Made by a program: the position numbers and the translations under genes. A stretch of 54,207 nucleotides of DNA from Octopus bimaculoides (Eukaryota). The notes beneath the pieces are model-generated. The model did not search any database. It was not told the origin of the DNA and was given only the letters and a program-made list of their open reading frames with translations. Below are positions 39,166 through 53,098 of the stretch, piece by piece (position 1 is the stretch's first letter; the number at the start of each line of letters is the position of its first letter). The stretch lies in assembly GCF_001194135.2 (NCBI RefSeq), contig NC_068990.1, positions 84,345,632-84,399,838 of the forward strand, written 5' to 3'.

Positions 39166-39399
39166 GTTGTAAATGGTAGAAATATCCTCCAATGGCTGTA
39201 TCTGAAATGGTTGGAATAACACGGTAGGATCGATAGATGGTCGAACAAAATATTTCTCTAAATTTTACTATAGCTTCGCTATTATGTTCTAAGTTCAAAA
39301 TCATCCAGTTATCAAATTTACTTTTCAAACTTTTAGGGTTGATAATATAAACTTTCTAAGGACCAACCATAATAACTCCAATAATACCTACCCAAATCA

Positions 39400-39880
39400 T
39401 GGTGCCTCCTCCCTCTTGTTGGCGTTTCAAGCGTTGATGACGATCTCATCCATATACAACCCATCCCTTGTTCCAACCATCAGGTCCATCAAAGGTAGTA
39501 CGAGTTTCATCCGGTAACAAAACTTTTGAAGATTCGACCTCCCTGTTATCTTCTGCCCATTTCAAACGAATTTGTCTGTGTATTTTCTTTAAAGGAAGCC
39601 TTTTAACTGATGTCACTAGTTTACTGACCTTTTCCAGAAGACGACATCTGGTAGTTCTGGACACTTGTTAGACCTGGGTTCTTTGCAGAACGCTAATTCG
39701 TGACAGGAAACGTTGAGAAATAGCCCTCGTGGGCTGTTTTACGTATCTTCATAGGAGCTGTAACAAATTTTTTTACAGGCTGGTGATATCTTCCAATTAT
39801 TCTAGATATTTCTAATGCTGATTTACCTTTTGCAAGCTCAGAAATAATAACGGATTTCTCTGAGGCAATTAAGTTACATT
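39400..39880 (-). mobile_element. Decayed Tc1-family transposase fragment
   Basis: KRLPLKKIHRQIRLKWAEDNREVESSKVLLPDETRTTFDGPDGWNKGWV: first catalytic Asp region (consensus FxDE...DGPDG). Confidence 0.85.
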
Positions 39881-41077
39881 AACGACCCATAATTACACGA
39901 TTATCAGACTACTGATAATTGTGTAATTATAATTACTACTACTATTACAGACTACTGATAATCGTTAATAATTTGGAACACTGAAAGTTGGTAGAAATCA
40001 TGCAAATGGCCGCAGTTTCTTTACATTTTCGCAAAACCTCACGTCCTTTACACACCAGACATGCATAACTATTGCCATCATTCTGTGGAAATTTCGTTGA
40101 ATTTCAGCAAGAAATGCTGCAAAACGTTTTGTCCGGTATGCTTACGAATCTGCAAGCTCGCCACCTTAAGCTCGGTAAAGTATATCAAAATATTTTACAT
40201 AGTGCAAACATTTTATGAGCTAGAACACTGATAGATATCGTTATTATAACAAAAATTGACAGAGTACACTGAGTTTCGTCTCGGATTGGACTATTCACAC
40301 TCACACAGATACACACATTCAACACAACGCAGATATTCACATACACACATCCACACAAACACAAATGTATAAACTATCTTCGTTGCCCTGACGTTCATAT
40401 TTTCTATTTCATTGTATTTCTTTTTAAATTTTGCTATATCATTTCTTTAAACGAGCACTTTCGTATATTTACTTACACGTTCCTTTTTCACAAATTCAAA
40501 ATCAAGGATGTAGACTATGAGGTCAGAATAACACATCTCGAGGTGTTCTCCTTACTAGGTGTAAAATAAAATAATAATATTGTCATTGACTAAATCTATT
40601 TTCCTGCGCCATCCACTATACGGTCATCTACATATACTTGGAGATTTTTTTTTTACCATTATTTAGGTAAGAAGGGGAGGCTATGTTTTGCCGGTGAGAT
40701 CAGAATAACACCGAAACATTCTTCTCAGGTAAGTGCCCGAAAAAATTTAAAAAGTGACTTCAGTCACCAACTAATGCTATGCACCGAATAGTTATTTCTT
40801 GCTAGTTGTTTGATGCTTTATATATACTACAAATGTTAACACTGACTTAAATAAACATCCGTGTCTTTTTTTTTTCTAGTATTTATCCTCTCCTCGTGTT
40901 CTCTTCTTTCATTCTTTGTTAATCTTGTTGTTATTCTCACCTCGTTTTGTATATTAATTTAAAGAGTGACTCATGTTTAGACAGCTCTTGGCTCTGACTG
41001 TCGTTTGAATTGTTTCTAAAGAAATCTAATTTGTTCTTACAATACAGTATTTCTTCTTCTTCTTCTTCTTCTTCTTC

Positions 41078-41125
<48 letters not shown>

Positions 41126-41399
41126 CACTTCTTTTTTCTCTTTCTTTGTCATCCCACACAGGTACGTTAAATCGACTCGAGTATTGAACTGGTACTTCAT
41201 TTTAACAACTAGGATGGATGAAAGATCAATCTGACTTCAGCAGAATCAGAATTGAAACTGTAAAGACCCGGAACTAAACATAGCCATGCATTTTGTCCAA
41301 TGCTTTTACGATTCTGTCACTGTATTGTCGATATCAAGACCTACATAAAATTAAATCGAGCTCATCTCAACAGATTGTAATACTTTTCGCCTGTCTTTA

Positions 41400-41960
41400 G
41401 TTCAGTTATTAGTTTTACCTGTTCCTTTCATTTACAAAGAGCTGTGGACCTCAATTCGATGTAGAGGTCGTGGGCCCTTCTATGCACTTTCATTTGCTTT
41501 GTCTTTGGGGTTTATTCTTTTTGGCTTCCTCTCTTTTTTCATGTTTTTTTCCGATGTCAGACACACTTTCCATCTCGTTGTCATTAAAACAATCCCATTT
41601 TGTCTGTAGTGTTTATTCTATATCTATCTTACTTTATTAAGATACTCTATTATCTTACTCTATTAATCTATAAAATGTAAGAGTGAACTCTCCACTAAAC
41701 CACATTGCCTTGTAGTTTCTGAGTTGTGAGCACCGAATGCTCATCGTCAATCTCAGCTCCTCAATATCACAGATGACAATATCCTTCTCGCGAACAATTC
41801 ATTGAAGTATTTCAGCCCAATTTAACGGAGTGACAAACTTTCTTCTATGTGGTACAAATTTACACCTAAATCTACATGAACCTTCCCTAATAAGTAAGAC
41901 TCTTTTTCCCTTCTTCGATACTTTTTCTGCACCACTCAGGTTTGGTGAGAAGACGTATTG
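41400..41960 (-). mobile_element. Decayed interspersed repeat, possibly a CR1/L2-like LINE RT C-terminus
   Basis: Homologous to 44230-44790 (shared atttacacctaaatctac, tctcagctcc, cttcagcccaat); a DLGVN-like peptide is visible. Confidence 0.35.
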
Positions 41961-42403
41961 GGAACAACTATTAATCAAGAAACCGACACAGTAACAAATC
42001 ATTAAAAAATGTATGCATCTCGTTTACTTATTATTTTTGTCAGACACATAAATAAATTGCGAGTCTCCCACTATTGTGTATTAAAAAGATTGCCTATTTT
42101 ACGTTTTAGAAACTAACGTCCGCTAGTCGGATTTGAAATAGCATTGCATATGTTACCATTAGCGCTGTTCGTGGAAGTGCAGCGAAGAGAAATGATCAGT
42201 AAAGATGTAGAAAGGAAGTTGTTGTATTTAGTTGCATCATTTTGCGTTCCGAGAAATAGTTATATTAAGCTGTAGGTCTCTTATACCATTAGGTTACACG
42301 ATCTAATGGTATAAGCTTTATATGGGACAAGCTTACCTAGAAATTATCTCCCTTTTTCTTTGAGAGTAGCTAACATATGCCGCTAGCGTTGCTTTCCATT
42401 CAT

Positions 42404-42405
<2 letters not shown>

Positions 42406-42478
<73 letters not shown>
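42406..42478. repeat. (GT)n microsatellite
   Basis: Directly visible. Confidence 0.95.
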
Positions 42479-42480
<2 letters not shown>

Positions 42481-42534
42481 GTTTTACAAGATTCTTGATG
42501 TGAAATCGTGTGTTGAAACAGATATTGTTATACT

Positions 42535-43028
42535 TTGAGATGGTCTAATTCTCTTATTTCATTGGCTTTGTCTAGTGTGGTGTTGCTACTCTTAACTAGT
42601 TTTCCTCTTTTCAAGGTTGCTTTGGCACATTTTTCTAATCCGAATTTCATATCTATTTCCTTGGNNNNNNNNNNGGCACATTTTTCTAATCCGAATTTCA
42701 TATCTATTTCCTTGGTAAATCCATGTACTGTCTGTAGTAGTGTTTCCAGCTCTTTATCTTTTCTAGTGTATAATTTTAAGTCATCCATATATAAAAGGTG
42801 GCTGATTGTTTTGCCGTAACATTTGTATCCGCATCCAGTTCTATTTAGCAAGTCAGTTAAAGGTGTGAGTGCCAAGCAGAACAGGAGTAGAGAGAGCGTG
42901 TCTCCCTGGAATATTCCTCTTCTAATGGGGATGGCTTTCGTTTTCACGAGTCCCTCTTTTGTTTGGAGCTGTAGCACTGTCTGCTATTTATTCATAGAGT
43001 GTCTTATGTATCTTATAATTATTTGTGC

Positions 43029-43030
<2 letters not shown>
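42535..43030 (-). mobile_element. R4/Dong-like LINE reverse-transcriptase fragment
   Basis: IRRGIFQGDTLSLLLFCLALTPL...ISHLLYMDDLKLY...KFGLEKCA (YMDD motif); abuts (TAA)n at 43031-43090 on its 5' side. Confidence 0.92.
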
Positions 43031-43090
<60 letters not shown>

Positions 43091-43677
43091 ACTGTTGTTG
43101 TTGTTTCTTTGTCTAAACTCTTTGGTTACACATCCTGTAACCTCTTCAGCGACTCATTAGCCCACGTGTCTCTACTTGTGTTGCTTAGTCCAAAGAAACA
43201 AAAACAATAATAATAAAGCTGAAGTAGAGACCAAACAATACATACTTACATACATACATACATATACATATATATTGTTATACTTGGGGATGTTTGCGCG
43301 TGTGTGTGAGGGAGTGGCAGAAAACAGGTTGGTCACCTGGAGCTAAGCCGGAACTCCTATTCCTGTAGATAGAGGACAACACACAATACATTTGTTGATG
43401 TAAACCAAGGTTTACCAACCGAATTAATTTGATATACATACGCAAAGCAACGAGAATCAAATAATAGCATTGCGTACTGTGTACCAATGGGAGTAATAGG
43501 GAATCATAATTAGTTTCCGTCTTATGTGTCTTAGTGGAGTATAGAAATGAGAGATTGAGATCGAGGGAGTGGATTAGTGTATGCACGTTGTGTGTGCGTG
43601 TGTGTGTGTGCGTACTTGCGCGGACGTGCGTTTGTATGTGCGTGGGCACAGGCGCACTTCATTTCAATAATCCGGAT

Positions 43678-44082
43678 AGGAGTGGCTGTGTGATAAGTAG
43701 CTTGCTTACCAACCACATGGTTCCGGGTTCAGTCCCACTGCGTGACAACTTGGGCAAGTGTCTTCTACTATAGCCTCGGGCCGACCAAAGCCTTGTGAGT
43801 GGATTTGGTATACGGAAACTGAAAGAAGCTTGTCGTATATATGTAAATATATAAATGTATGTGTGTTTGTGTGTCTGTGTTTGTCCCCCCCCCCCCACCA
43901 TCGCTTGACAACCGATGCTGGTGTGTTTACGTCCCCGTAACTTAGCGGTTCGGCAAAAAGAGACCGACAGAATAAGTACTAGGCTTACAAAGAATAAGTC
44001 CTGGGGTCGATTTTCGCGACTAAAGGCGGTGCTCCAGCATGGCCACAGTCAAATGACTGAAACAAGTAAAAGAGTAAAAGAG
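43678..44082 (+). mobile_element. SINE family C, full length
   Basis: tRNA-like head, ggttcagtccc B box, internal (TA/TG)n, conserved tail. Confidence 0.9.
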
Positions 44083-44229
44083 ATGTAAAATCCGGCTGAC
44101 TTTAGCAAGATCAGAACTCGGGACGTAAGGACCCGGAACTAATTATTAGCAAATATTTTGATCAATGCTCTTACGATTTTGGCACTCTATCACTGTTATC
44201 AAGAGCTAGATAAATATAAAATCGAGTCC

Positions 44230-44790
44230 ACCTCCTCACTGGGTTGTTGGACCCTTCGTCCTCTATCAACACTTGCTTTGCGAGGAATTGTGAACTTCAG
44301 TTGGACGCAGGATTGTGGATTAATCACACTTTTCTTTGCTTTATCCTGCCGTGTTTTTGGATGCGGGTCTATGTGCCTTTTCTTGTTTTATCGATGGTCC
44401 CAAGAGGCAAACCTACTTTCTTCATTGTCACAAGACAACGGTTTCTGTTTGTACTTTGTCTGTAGAGCTTCACCTAAACCGACACTCCGTTAATTTGTGT
44501 TACTCTGAATGCTCCTCTAAATCACACTTGTTAAATGGTTGTGAGCGCCTGCTGCCCATTGTCGGTCTCAGCTCCCCGATATCACAGGCGGCATCTTCCT
44601 TCTGTCGAACAATCTATTGAAATACTTCAGCCCAATACTACAGCGTAACGAACGTTATTAGATATAGATTGCTTCAGTCAGATCCTTCCTCCAGATGATA
44701 CTTATTTACACCTAAATCTACTTGAATCTTCGGTAACAAATCAATTTTCCCTTCTTTGGTGCAATTTTCTGCTATTAACAGAGCTCAACA
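44230..44790 (-). mobile_element. Second copy of the decayed repeat at 41400-41960
   Basis: Roughly 70% similar by eye. Confidence 0.35.
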
Positions 44791-46093
44791 TTAGTTACAG
44801 GATGTGTTGATATGTGCGTGGCTATACACACGTGGGAGTGGAGTGAACATCTGTGCGAATATGAATATCATGGAGAAAGACATTATAAAAACTGCTAACA
44901 ATAATCTAACCACCCATGTTTTGATAACCTGACAAACCGGACTGACACAGCAAGTCGCTACTTTCCTGCGGTAATGAATTGGTGGCATATTTTCTTGGTA
45001 GGCTATAAGTGCCAGGTTCGATTTTCGCCAGTGGTTTAACTGTCCCTTTCTCACTGAAATTCTTTTAGTCTTTTACTTGTTTCAGTCATTTGACTGTGGC
45101 CATGCTGGAGCACCGCCTTTAGGCGAGCAATTCGTCAATATATATATGACGGGCTTCTTTCAGTTTCTGTCTACAAAATCTAGAGATATTCTAATGCTTT
45201 AATTTATCTAATTCAGAGGTATCAAATCATTTATATTTTAACTTTTCTCATCGTTATTTTCACGTTTCGTCCTCTTTTCTTTAAAAAAACCAAACGTCGA
45301 CTGTAATGTTTTTAAACATTCACTGCTTGTCCTGCACGTTTCCAGATTCAGTTAACAAGTATGGATGCTTTGATCAGGCAAACGGTTAAATTTGGTCACT
45401 ATCGCCCTCAACTATTTTTCTACAGAACCAATTTTGACGAGATTGTTAACATCAGATTCCTCTCATTAATATGTTTTATTTAAGCTTAATTACAGTAAAT
45501 TTATTTTTAAATCATAGAGATCAAATGGTTTAAACACCAGACATAACGTCCCTTCCAATCTGACCACTTTTTCTCTCATATCCTTCTTTTCTAGCAAGAC
45601 CATTTTGACGTGGATTTTTGCAACTACATACATCACATTGAAATCTATCACATTGAAATCTATCATTTCAAGTAAATTATTACACAAAGTGTTACGACAT
45701 AAGGATGATATAGTGCTTAGACTAGTCATGGGCAACTGCAGCCCACGGAGTTTTCTGAATAGTAATCCTAATGAAAAATTACCCTGAATATTTTTTGTAA
45801 TACTGCTCATCTGATGATAAACTAAGTCTCACACAGCTCGCTTCCTGAAAAATGTAAACTCATACTAGGCATAGTACAATACATTCGGGTGTAGCTCAAC
45901 TCAACCAGATTTGAGCATACATATTTTATAGCAACTTTTTCCCTACCAAATCAATTTTTTCTATAATAAAATCTCAATGAACACAGGCCATTTTCAATAA
46001 CCTTAAACGCCTTTTGTTTGATTTAGGTCAGAATTAGTGAGAGATCGTTGACATATACGTTGATATTGAGAACATTATTGCCCGACTACAGAA

Positions 46094-46302
46094 ACGAGCT
46101 GGTAGGAACGTTAGCACGCCGGGCGAAATGCTTAGCGGTATTTTGTCTGTCTTTACGTTCTGAGTTCAAATTCCGCCGAGGTCGACATTGCATTTCATCT
46201 TTTCGGGGTCGATAAATTAAGTACCAACTGCGTACTGGGATCGATCTAATCGACTGGCCTCCTCCCCCAAAATTTCAAGCCATATGCCAAGAGTAGAAAA
46301 GG
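46094..46302 (+). mobile_element. SINE A
   Basis: Same head and core as the 21785 copy. Confidence 0.9.
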
Positions 46303-46496
46303 ATATACATATATATATAGATAGATAGATAGATAGGTAGAGAGGTAGATATATACATAGGTATTGACGTGTATGTAAATAGACAGAGAGAGAGAGAGAG
46401 AGACAATAGGAAATATACCTTCACCCATAATTACGTATATGCCTGTATGTGTGCATTTAAACGGTGAAGGAATAGATTTTCACTCTATGCTACGTT

Positions 46497-46586
46497 CCTA
46501 TATATTCCATATATTCCTATATATTCCATATATTCCTATATATTCCATATATTCCTATATATTCCATATATTCCTATATATTCCAT
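46497..46586. repeat. 19-bp minisatellite (cctatatattccatatatt), about 4.7 copies
   Basis: Directly visible. Confidence 0.9.
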
Positions 46587-46646
46587 GCATATATATTCCC
46601 ACGACACACTCACGCACGCACGCATGCACACGCACGCACGCACACG

Positions 46647-46683
<37 letters not shown>

Positions 46684-46777
46684 GAATAGATATTCATTCA
46701 TTCAGTTCACGCTACAAGGTCTGCAAGAGCGTGATAATTTATTTGCACGATCCAAACCAAATGATGTGTGTGTGTGT

Positions 46778-46817
<40 letters not shown>

Positions 46818-47107
46818 GTGTGTGCGGGGTGAGGGCGGTATCTTTGTGTGTATGTATGTATGTATGTATGTTTACTTGTTTGTCCTGGGTATGACGTTAA
46901 GCTGCATACAGTAGTGGGGTTTTGGTTCAGAAATTCCAGGGTTTTGAAGAGTGTGGAACCACCTCTTGGCTACTATTTCTCCCAAGACCGCTCTGACCCA
47001 GGCGTAGTAGCAACTATCAGGGTCCCAGTTATGGGTTAAGTAGAATGTATGATGATAATCCAAGCGCGGGGCACAAAAATACTCTTGGTGGCAGAAATAC
47101 TATTAAT

Positions 47108-47343
47108 GGTGGCGAGCTGGCAGAAACGTTAGCACGCCGGACGAAATGCTTAGCGGTATTTCGTCTGCCGTTACGTTCTGAGTTCAAATTCCGCCGAGGT
47201 CGACTTTGCCTTTAATCCTTTCGGGGTCGATTAAATAAGAACCAGTTACGTACTGAGGTCGAAATAATCGACTTAATCCGTTTGTCTGTCCTTGTTTGTT
47301 CCCTCTGTGTGTAGCCCCTTGTGGGCAGTAAAGAAATAAGAAA
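47108..47343 (+). mobile_element. SINE A (long-tail subtype, as at 21785-22017)
   Basis: Ends gtttgtctgtccttgtttgttccctct...ccccttgtgggcagtaaagaaataag. Confidence 0.9.
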
Positions 47344-47961
47344 TATTCTTGGCCCGCTGTAAAATCTCGGAGACTCAGGTAATGGTACGTGTTGCACAAG
47401 CGTTTATCACTAAAATCCAATTACGTACAAATGTCTCTTTATGGTTACCTTCCTTGTTATCCAATCTTCTGAAAGTCCTATTGCGATTGAAGCACACAAA
47501 TCAAGCAGATTTGCAGCGGTACCGAATAGTCATCCGAGAAGTCATGCCGAAAAATCAGAAATAGAGCCAGATCAGTGAAGGTGGAGTAAGCAACCTGTAT
47601 GTATGTATGTATGTATGTATGTTTATATGCATGTATATATGTATTTGTAAATGTGTATATGTTCACACACACACACATACACACGGGCGCATGCGTTCAC
47701 ATAAATATACCTGTATTCTCTCACGCAATAAACAGTCTCGCCCTGATAAATAATAATTATACATATACTTTCCTGTTCAATTTTACATTTGTACAAGTTC
47801 TACTGGTTTTTATTTTTCATTCTAGTACCCCACAAACGGGCAACTCACGGACTCCACTTCGAGGGATAGTTACATGTATAATTGATATCTACAGCACTGA
47901 CATTAATACAAGGTGAAACTTCAGTCCAGTCGACATTTGTAGATATGTGCGTGTGTGCGAG

Positions 47962-48063
<102 letters not shown>

Positions 48064-48599
48064 TTTACGAAAGTTATTACAACGGTCAATAACAGAAAAG
48101 AGTTTGGCACTCCCCAGTGAACTCATGATTGGCCCGTTGGAAACACGCTATTGTTCTCCAGTAACAATATAAAATAAAAATGTATAAATAAAATATTTCT
48201 ACTTTAGTTCTCAGCTGCGAAATTATCACTATTGTCTCTGTGATCACTCTGTAACCTGCCTGCTAGAAACAGCAGCCAAATATCTTTCACTTAAAAACAC
48301 TACAACATTAAAAAGGAAAAGGAAGAACACATATTCCGGACATACTATGTCGGAATAAAAGTAACGATGGTCATAACGGCTCGGTTCTGATTTAAGTCTG
48401 AAGAACAACTAAAACAGTAACTACAACTATTGCACCAATTACCAATCCTGGCAACCAATTATAAGGTCCTCAACGCAATTTCTGTATCGACTTCAAATAG
48501 CAATCAAATATCCTTTCATCATACTCCCATCTTCTTAAAACGAAGGCCGTGTTGGACGATGTCTAAGATACACTATGTCAGAAAAATAATAGGATACCA

Positions 48600-49410
48600 T
48601 ATTTGGAACGGCTTCACAATCTTCTCTGCTTAACACTAAGCATATTTGTACATTGGAGAACCTCTGGGCTGGAGATGTGATCTCGTTAAGAAACGTTTAT
48701 TGTAGATCGTAGCTCGCACACTTAATAGCTCATCGGCTGTTTTACGAGTCGGCAATACAGCGAGTAGATCTCTGCAGAATCCAACAGACAAGATAGTACT
48801 AATTGATAGGCTTTGCATTTTGTATACAATTTTATGCCTCGATCATTGAGTTTTTCAAAAGCAACGGCAGCAGATAATGTAGCAATCCACCACCGCATTG
48901 TCATTAGAAGTGGTATTACCAAAATTATGAACTTCTTCACAACATTGGTGACTAGAGGTTTATGTTCCAGCATTTAATGTTTAAGCTGATTAGAAAATGA
49001 TGCATTATTTTCTGGATATCATTTCTTACTAAAAGTTAGCTTTCGGATGTTCAACAATCCAACATAGACACCACTCGAGTGCTTACTCTCCATGTTTTCA
49101 AATACTGCAAATAAGATTGGACCGAGTACAGAATCACCCTTTATGCCATGAGCATAAAGGAGTCCGAACTGTTGTTCCCAAGCGAGATAGTTTCAGGCAT
49201 ACTATCTTAGACTTGCTTGCCTTTTGCTGAATTTGTCGCAAGATGAAAAACAAACGTAATCCTCGCTGGATTCGTTCAGATATTTTTTAGAATCGCCTGA
49301 GCTAACCTTTTTCACTGAGAATGAAAGAAGGGAAATTTCTCCGTAATTTTCACAGTCCTGTCTGTCTCCCTTCCGCTTGTAAATGGTGATTATCACTGCA
49401 ACAGCAACAT
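48600..49410 (-). mobile_element. Decayed, internally deleted RTE-clade LINE RT
   Basis: IITIYKRKGDRQDCENYGEISLLS (RT N-terminus) and DRGIKLYTKCKAYQLVLSCLL (RTE thumb region). Confidence 0.75.
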
Positions 49411-51117
49411 CAAAAACATAAATGTTTCTTTAATTCAGTTAAGTTCCCAGAAAGTCAAGAGATTGATGCAATTTCAACAATGTACTTCAAGCTTTTCAAC
49501 TGAACTTATAGTGCTAATATTCCCGGTTGGAATGGGGTGGGTGAGAGAGACGCATGAATGTCGTATCTTCCTATTTTCCTTCTCTTTTAAACCAGTGACT
49601 TGAAGAAATGATAGTGACAGACTAAATATCGCCTGCATAATTAGGTTTTTACCTTCAGGTCAGGTCAGGTCAGAAAATACTTGAACCTTCATCAGTAACT
49701 GATACTCTATGAAACACAAATAACACCCACATGGATATATTGTGCGCATATCCGGAACAGAACTACACCTACACAAATAAATTCTTAACTACATCGAAAA
49801 AATGGTCATCTTGTTGATTAAACGACGATACACATAACAGCATGCTTCATCAAATGGATCAAAGACATGCTTCTACCTCTATCTAGTCTCTATACTGCTA
49901 CTTCGGTGGTCTTTGTCCTCTGATCATGCCCTCTTCGTTCGAGCCCACCCATTCTTCTTCCTTTCGTTACTGTGTCTCGCCGTCCAAGCACTTTAATCTA
50001 TCCTTCCTTCACAGCACTGAAATCTGAAAATCATCTCCATGCCCATCTCCTTTCCCTGTGAACCAGACGTAAAGATATATAAACATCCAAGTACCGATAG
50101 ACGTAACTGTTGGACAGTAACCAATGCACGTGATGCACAATAACTTTAATCAAGTCTATACCTGTATCTACGAGAGGTAAACATTGTTGAACACTGTTTA
50201 ACTCAACCAAACGTAGGCGAGGGAAATAACTCAAATAATGCGGAGGTTTTTCCTTTTGCTTTTTAATTTTCCACTGCAGTGTAAAAACTTCAAACTATTC
50301 CCATTTCAACTTACCTCCCTTTAATCTGACATCGATGTCATTCCCCTTCTGGATTAGCCAGGACATGGTCTTGTATACTATTACTAATGCTACCGCCGCC
50401 ACCGCTGTTGCTACGTTGCTGCTGCAGGGACAAAGTGTGGTAATTAAATGTTTTGAGGGGGTAACCTGAAATCATATGGGGTAAAATGAAATCACCTTCC
50501 AGCCACTACAAATGAGAGATTTGAAATGAATTTCATCCTACTTCTTGGTAATCTGAACGCGATTTGAGCAGCTGGATTTGCAGAATCGTTAGAGTGCTAG
50601 ACAAAATGCCTTCCGGTATTTTTCTCCGCCTCTTTACGTTCTGATTTCAAATCCCGCCATGGTTAACAACGAAGGTTTCTTCCTCCGTGGTCAGTAAAAT
50701 AAAGTACCAGTCAAGTACTGGGGAAACTGTACTCAACTAACTCGCCGCCCTGCGAAATTGTCGATCTTATGTCTCAATCAGACATCAGTCTGAATGCGTT
50801 ATCAAGTTACCGAGTGGAAATGTGAATTGGAGGTAATCTCAAATCGCTACACCGGCTGGTTGTAAGTCGGCAACACGTTGTAGTTACACAATCAGAAGCT
50901 TTCAATGTTGTAAGTGGGCTTCACAAGCATTTATTAGATTGCAGCGCTGTGTACGAAACAGACTACGGAGGAATGAACTAAACTAGTCTGGGCTGCAAGC
51001 AGACGAGCTGTTTGGGTGCTGGGTGTATAACTCAAGAAAGAAAAAAAGCACCAAGCCATCAGCTTGTGATCCTTCCCCAGGATTTCTCCTGCTTCTTTTT
51101 TTAACTTTTTTGTAGGG

Positions 51118-51137
51118 TCTCTCTCTCTCTCTCTCTT

Positions 51138-51225
<88 letters not shown>
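51118..51225. repeat. (TC)n microsatellite
   Basis: Directly visible. Confidence 0.95.
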
Positions 51226-51229
<4 letters not shown>

Positions 51230-52235
51230 TACTATCATCATCCTCTCTTTACATTGTCTGAAAAACGCAATCGGAAAATTTTAAATAACTTGCAAGCAAG
51301 AAAGCTGTAGCTTTATGATAATGTATATCACCGAATAAATCTAAAAACTAGCAAAACGCAAAACAGTTTCCCGCCAAATCCTTTGTCTGGTCTAACAACA
51401 CACGACCGTTCGATTCCTCTGCCCTGCTTCACCTCTATTCTTCATGTTCCTCAATTTCTAGAGGGACATCACCTGTTTTTAATCGGATTAAGACATTTTG
51501 TCCAAGCTGTTCAGAGTTTATGATTGCCTACCCTCTCCCAGCGCATAACACCGGCTCTGCTACCTCCACCATCACTACTACTGCTACCCATCATAGTGGA
51601 CTTTGAAGAGGGAGCAACACGCCCAGACTGTCACACTGCATGCATTCATATATAAGAGCTATCACAACCTGTCGGAGTGTACAGTATAGGTGTCAGCAAG
51701 ATGGACGCATGGTATAACTAGGAAGATGACTGTCTGCCTGTGAGCTGTAGGACGGCTGGGTCAACGAGGACTTGGAGTTACACATCTTTAACGCATCCAT
51801 CTCTACTATAACCACCACCACCACCACCAACAATAATAACAACAACACCATCAATATTATGAACACAGTTACCGCGATTTTGACACCTCTGCCATTACCA
51901 CAATTACCATTTCCACCTCTACTATTACCACAACCCTCTTTACCACCATCATCACTAAGACCACCACTACCACCACCAATGCTATTATCGACACAACCAC
52001 TGCTACCTTTACGACTATCACCACCACCACCACCTCAACAACTACCATCGAACCAACAAATTCTCTACATGGTCACTCGTCCTTCGTCCTTCTAGAAATA
52101 ACAGCCAAATCTTCCTTTAATCACTCTCTAACATCTTAGCACACGTTGAACAAATACGGAGTGGTCAGAAATGGACTGCTTTTGATCATTTGCTGACAAC
52201 AGAAACAACAACAACAACACTACGAACAATAGAAT

Positions 52236-52355
52236 AAAGAGACCGGTAGAATAAGTACTAGGCTTACAAAGAATAAGTCCTGGGGTCAATATGTTCGATT
52301 AAAGGCGGTGCTCCAGCATGGCCGCTGTCAAATGACTGAAACAAGTAAAAGAAAA
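52236..52355 (+). mobile_element. SINE family C, 3' fragment
   Basis: gaataagtactaggcttacaaagaataagtcctgggg...ctccagcatggccg. Confidence 0.8.
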
Positions 52356-52819
52356 AATAAAAGAAATGAATACCATCTCCACCACCAACACCACCATCAT
52401 CATTATCCTTTGCATCAATCAACAAGGAATCCTCACTGAGGTTACTCGAACTGGTAAAAATAGTTGTCAAGTCTTCCAAGGTTTACATTATATTATCTTT
52501 AAAAAGAATAACACATTAGATAATTTTATCCTCGATACACTATGCCCGGAAGAGAAAAGACTGGATGATTACTACTAGATTCTCTTTGGTCATTAAATTT
52601 TGCTCGATCGAGGTTTGTCCAAGGCTAAACAAGTCATCAGCAACACTTATGTCATCGAATGGCGTAAACTAACACGATCAACAATCACATTCAACAAACC
52701 GTCTCGCTCAAAAGCATAACCGTACCACACACGCACGCACACACACAAATGTCAATAACACAAACTTAAACAGAGAGAAATTTAGTTTCTGTTTTGGCAA
52801 GAAGGGCGATCGTATAGAG

Positions 52820-53098
52820 CAGTGTTTCTCAACCATTTTTGCCAATGGACCTCTTTGGTTCTTAGTTTACTCAGCTGGATTGCCATAGTCATTCGATGTA
52901 TACAAAGAAAAACATCCTATTCTATTTTTACAATGAAATATTATTAAGAATAGTTTTTAAAGAAAATTAAAGTATTCTGTGTGTTGTAAAAGTATAAGCA
53001 ATTTATTGCTCATAAATTTTAACAACAAAATCTTATATGGACCCCCAAGGGCCATCTGGACTCCCAAGGGCCATTTGGACTCTTGTTGAGAATCACTG
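52820..53098. mobile_element. hAT-type MITE
   Basis: TIRs CAGTGTTTCTCAAC and GTTGAGAATCACTG; degenerate 8-bp TSD gtatagag versus gtaatgag; subterminal ggac.cccaagggccat repeats. Confidence 0.75.

Noticed and set aside
51772-52095. Proline/threonine-rich 107-aa ORF
   Set aside because: Low-complexity ACC/AAC repeats with no domain or splice support.
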